The notes under the pieces: model-generated
Seen by the model: only the letters and a program-made list of their open reading frames with translations
Told to the model about the DNA's origin: nothing
Database searches by the model: none
Source: an uncultured Oscillospiraceae bacterium
Lineage (GTDB): Bacteria > Bacillota > Clostridia > Oscillospirales > Oscillospiraceae
Reading direction: 5' to 3'
NCBI GenBank assembly: GCA_964509595.1
Contig: CAZDXX010000001.1
Span: forward strand, 1-37,398
Length of the DNA stretch: 37,398 nucleotides
Translations under genes and position numbers: made by a program
Shown here: positions 34,321-37,398 of the stretch, in pieces
Layout: the number at the start of each line of letters is the position of its first letter
Numbering within the stretch: the stretch's first letter is position 1

Positions 34321-35588
34321 TTCTGCTGCTCCTCTGCTACGAAAATATCCACGACAATCTTATAGTCGTCCCCAACCACGCCCACTTGAGTCGTACCATC
34401 CAGATACACCTTGACCGGTACGGTATAACGTCCGCTCGTAGGATCAACATTACTCAAATCAGCAACAACGCGCAGATTGATGGGCAAAATCAAATCAATT
34501 GCTTCCTCCGGACCGCGAACCAACACCTGCAAAGTCTTGGTCACCGATTCTGCACTGAAACCTTCGGGTACATTTATCTGTTCAATATTATCCACTTCCA
34601 TGACCTTGCTTACCAAGTCATGAATTGTCACGGTTACTGTTGCCTGAGAAGTTCCGCTGATATTATCCAACGCATCATTCAGAGGAATATCAAACTCAAA
34701 GCTGTTGGTCCCTATTACATCTGCCAAATCGATCTCGCCAAGAATTATTTCCTTCAACGGTGCCAAATCTTCTTCAGAACCAGAAACCGTAATAGCTTCC
34801 GGCTCGATTTCATAGGTCACGTATTGATCCAGCATATCAAGATTGGAAATACCACCGCCCATAATCCACTTGACCGACAAGGGCACTTCGGCGGTCTTAA
34901 TCACCGGAAGAGTGAAGGAAACCGTATCAACAGAACAAGTCACATCGATATCCGTCAGCACCTCGCCCTGATAATCAATCAGTTCGAATCCCAAATTTCC
35001 GGTTACTGTGGTCGTTAATTTATCACCGCCGACCGTTACAAGTGCATGAGAAACACGGTTAACTTCATTTTCCTCGCCGGAAATGGATATTTTACCTGGC
35101 AAAAACGCAAACTCGCCACGCATATATTCCTCTTCCAGCGTTCCTATAAACTTACCTTCCACCTGGATATCCTTTTTGATGTGGCGCGACACTGTGAAGG
35201 TAACATTACTGGGGTATCGTTCCTGTACAGTTACTCTGGCTTCGTAAATAGAGGGCAGATCCAGTTCATATGCCATTGTCTGCTCGCCGGGAGAAGTAAT
35301 CTTGCCAACGTCAATGGTCAGGCTGATTTTTTCTTTCTCCTGGTTCAGCTTCGCCAAATCCGTCACAGGACCATACAATTTCAGCGTAGCCGTCTGGTTT
35401 CGCCCATCTGAGATCATCAGGCCACTCTCTTCCAGTACTTCCTCGTTCACAAAGTTGATGGGAACCCCTGTAATGGTTATGTCATCGTCATTGTTTTCCA
35501 CTGCAGCCACATAAAACCAAAGCGTAATGGCACATATAATAGCCAAAAGGGCATATAACAGCTTGCTGTCAAGAATCTTTTTGCCCAT
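34317..35588 (-). CDS. cdaR: YbbR-domain protein (CdaR, regulator of diadenylate cyclase CdaA)
   Basis: N-terminal signal-anchor KLLYALLAIICAITLWFYV followed by about four repeated beta-rich YbbR-like modules. It overlaps the 3' end of cdaA by 20 nt, the canonical cdaA-cdaR arrangement. Confidence 0.8.
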   Translation of the reverse strand: MGKKILDSKLLYALLAIICAITLWFYVAAVENNDDDITITGVPINFVNEEVLEESGLMISDGRNQTATLKLYGPVTDLAKLNQEKEKISLTIDVGKITSPGEQTMAYELDLPSIYEARVTVQERYPSNVTFTVSRHIKKDIQVEGKFIGTLEEEYMRGEFAFLPGKISISGEENEVNRVSHALVTVGGDKLTTTVTGNLGFELIDYQGEVLTDIDVTCSVDTVSFTLPVIKTAEVPLSVKWIMGGGISNLDMLDQYVTYEIEPEAITVSGSEEDLAPLKEIILGEIDLADVIGTNSFEFDIPLNDALDNISGTSQATVTVTIHDLVSKVMEVDNIEQINVPEGFSAESVTKTLQVLVRGPEEAIDLILPINLRVVADLSNVDPTSGRYTVPVKVYLDGTTQVGVVGDDYKIVVDIFVAEEQQK

Positions 35589-36468
35589 TTGCCTTGTCTC
35601 CTTTTTTGGATTTAATTTTCAGCAAATTGCTCAAACCGTTTACCAGATCGCCGTGAGAACTCTTTGTATTCTCTTCCGGCAGCAGTTCCTTACGCAGCAA
35701 ACGTTCCAATGTCTCCGGCGCCAGATGACGCTTGAGCATACCGTTGACTGCCACGGAAATCGAGCCTGTTTCTTCCGAAACAATCGCTACCACTGCATCG
35801 GAGTTTTCACTCATACCGATACCTGCTCTATGGCGCATTCCCAAATCGCGAGACAAATTTACATTCGTGGATAGCGGTAACATGCATCCGGCACCAGCGA
35901 CCCGGCCACCGCGAATGATAACAGCACCGTCATGCATAGGAGCTTTGTTCCAAAAGAGATTCTTCAGTAATTCAGACGATGTAGTCGCATCGATTGTCGT
36001 GCCAGACTTGAGAACATCATCCAACAAGGTCTTGCGCTCAAATACCATCAGCGCTCCCACCTTATCTCTGGAAAACACAGTGTAGGCTGCGACAGTCTGC
36101 ATAATGGCACTTTCCAATTCCTCCGGTGCCTCTTCCCGAGTAAAAACACCCTTGATTTTTCCACTGCCCATCTGCTCCAAAATACGACGCAGCTCCGGCT
36201 GGAAAATAATAACTAAGGCAATCAGTCCCAACTCAACTGCACGACTGAGCAAGAAACTGATGATATTCAAATCAAATATTGTGGCAATACCCAAAAGCGC
36301 CAAAATAATGATAATGGCTTTTGCTACTTGCCCGGAACGGCTGCTGCGAATCAACAGCATCAAACGGTAGATTACATAGGCCATGATCGCAATGTCTACA
36401 AAATCAGAGATATTCATAATCTTGATATAGCTCTGAGCCGTCTCCAGCACTTGCAAAACCAGTTCCAT
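35569..36468 (-). CDS. cdaA: Diadenylate cyclase CdaA (membrane-anchored DAC domain)
   Basis: Three N-terminal TM helices, then DAC-domain motifs GALMVFER, APMHDGAVIIRGGRVAGAGCMLPLS, RHRAGIGMSENSDAVVAIVSEETGSISVA. Start set at ATG 36468 (MELVLQVLE) behind GGAAGGTGG. The raw ORF starts at an upstream TTG. Confidence 0.9.
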   Translation of the reverse strand: MELVLQVLETAQSYIKIMNISDFVDIAIMAYVIYRLMLLIRSSRSGQVAKAIIIILALLGIATIFDLNIISFLLSRAVELGLIALVIIFQPELRRILEQMGSGKIKGVFTREEAPEELESAIMQTVAAYTVFSRDKVGALMVFERKTLLDDVLKSGTTIDATTSSELLKNLFWNKAPMHDGAVIIRGGRVAGAGCMLPLSTNVNLSRDLGMRHRAGIGMSENSDAVVAIVSEETGSISVAVNGMLKRHLAPETLERLLRKELLPEENTKSSHGDLVNGLSNLLKIKSKKGDKANGQKDS

Positions 36469-36526
36469 AGCCCCACCTTCCTCTCTTTTGGGGGTGCGAT
36501 CTCCCAAACATAACTTTAATTAGGTA

Positions 36527-36555
36527 ATTATACTTTATTTCAATAAAAATGGCAA
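36527..36555 (-). promoter_or_regulatory. Consensus-like SigA promoter of the cdaA operon
   Basis: Minus strand: TTGCCA (rc of 36550-36555), 17 nt, TATAAT (rc of 36527-36532), about 55 nt upstream of the cdaA start. Confidence 0.65.
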
Positions 36556-36654
36556 GAGAAGGGACCTTGAAAAAAAGATTTTTTCTTGGTATTCCCTTAT
36601 TTCCTGCACAAATGCATAAAGTTATTTATTCGTACAAATCTATACAGAAAATCG

Positions 36655-36683
36655 TTGCGTTTTTACTGTCTTTCGATTATCAT
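36655..36683 (+). promoter_or_regulatory. Possible SigA promoter of glnA
   Basis: TTGCGT (36655-36660), 17 nt, TATCAT (36678-36683), about 46 nt upstream of the ATG at 36730. Confidence 0.3.
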
Positions 36684-36729
36684 AAAGTGGAAGTTTACCC
36701 AAAGAAGAAGTATTGGAGGAAACTAAGTA

Positions 36730-37398
36730 ATGATTCATACCGCTCAGGAGCTTTTGGCTCTGATCAAAGAACAGGACATTAAGATGGTCGACTTTAAAAT
36801 CGTCGACATCAATGGCCAGTATCGCCATGTTACCATTCCCGCCGCTCAAGTCAACGAAGGAACCCTGAGAGACGGTATCGGTTTTGACGCATCCAACTAC
36901 GGTTATGCCGTCGTAGAAAAAAGTGACATGGTCTTCATCCCCGATGTGACTACTGCTGTTATCGATCCTTTCTGTGATGTCCCCACTCTGTCCATCAGCG
37001 GCAATGCGATGATCATCGATTATCCCGAAAACCGCCCTCTGGCCCAGTACCCCCGCAACATCGTTTTGGCAGCCGAGCAGTATATGAAGGACAGCGGCAT
37101 CGCGGACACCATGCTCATTCTGCCCGAGTTCGAGTTCCATCTGTTTGATCAGGTGGGCTGGAGCGTGCAGCCCAACAACATCGGCGTTTCTTTGGATACC
37201 GAACAGGCATACTGGAACAGCGATGTTCAGGGTCAGGGCTGCGTGGTTGCCCATCAGAAGAACTATCATATGGCCAAGCCCTTTGACACCACGTACGAGT
37301 GCCGCAGCGAGATGTGCCTGCTGATGGAAGAAGCCGGTATCCCCATAAAGTATCATCATCCCGAGGTAGGTGCCGCCGGTCAGTTCGAAATTGAGCCC
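36730..37398 (+). CDS. glnA: Glutamine synthetase (type I-like), N-terminal 223 codons; continues past the window edge
   Basis: This open frame is not in the ORF track because it has no stop in the window. ATG at 36730 behind GGAGGA. The translation runs MIHTAQELLALIKEQDIKMVDFKIVDINGQYRHVTIPA...FDASNYGY...PEFEFHLFD...KYHHPEVGAAGQFEIEP. These are the GS beta-grasp domain and the HHEV..GQ.EI catalytic motif. Confidence 0.9.
   Translation, partial: MIHTAQELLALIKEQDIKMVDFKIVDINGQYRHVTIPAAQVNEGTLRDGIGFDASNYGYAVVEKSDMVFIPDVTTAVIDPFCDVPTLSISGNAMIIDYPENRPLAQYPRNIVLAAEQYMKDSGIADTMLILPEFEFHLFDQVGWSVQPNNIGVSLDTEQAYWNSDVQGQGCVVAHQKNYHMAKPFDTTYECRSEMCLLMEEAGIPIKYHHPEVGAAGQFEIEP

Noticed and set aside
36508-36729. 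GlnR/TnrA operator (TGTNAN7TNACA) or a glutamine riboswitch upstream of glnA
   Set aside because: The closest string, CGTACAAATCTATACAG, does not fit the half-site spacing, and no convincing structured element was seen. The region is left as plain divergent promoters.
36640-37359. 239-aa minus-strand ORF at the right edge
   Set aside because: The opposite (plus) frame from ATG 36730 encodes an unmistakable glutamine synthetase N-terminus with a good RBS, so the listed ORF is its antisense shadow.

Overview
The window looks like a chromosomal segment of a spore-forming Firmicute (Clostridia-like, roughly 50% GC). It has about 34 CDS, almost all on the minus strand, and 2 tRNA genes. No transposase, integrase, CRISPR array or rRNA was seen.

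Left part (1-16.3 kb). Two sequence-identical tRNA-Ala(GGC) genes in inverted orientation bracket accessory transport and metabolism genes:
- a SulP anion transporter without a STAS domain, an NSS/SNF sodium symporter and a flavin reductase;
- a six-gene hexuronate-type operon: PfkB kinase, gnd, Cof-HAD phosphatase, UxuB-type SDR, LarA-like epimerase, uxaC;
- a small polytopic membrane protein;
- an AtoE-like transporter followed by a P-type ATPase, preceded by a structured leader.

Right part (16.4-36.5 kb). A sipL-like/spoIVA sporulation pair is followed by a tightly packed co-directional array of about 17 kb. Its order is cdaA-cdaR-(RseC-like)-(DUF5685-like)-(J-domain protein)-(membrane protein)-yicC-remA-gmk-rpoZ-priA-def-fmt-rsmB-rlmN-stp-prkC-rsgA. 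This matches the Bacillus ylo region. A divergently transcribed glnA runs off the right edge.

Candidates most worth follow-up:
1. A cysteine-rich RseC-like / DUF5685-like / J-domain / membrane-protein module, sitting where Firmicutes normally have glmM after cdaA-cdaR.
2. A hexuronate operon that has a LarA-family (nickel-pincer) enzyme plus gnd but no dehydratase or aldolase. This suggests a glucuronate -> mannonate -> gluconate -> pentose-phosphate route.
3. A riboswitch-like leader with a competing terminator, resembling yybP-ykoY, upstream of the AtoE-like/P-type ATPase pair.
4. A multi-hairpin gmk-rpoZ spacer containing a perfect 13-nt anti-Shine-Dalgarno element.

All functional calls rest on motif and family recognition by eye. 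No database search was run.
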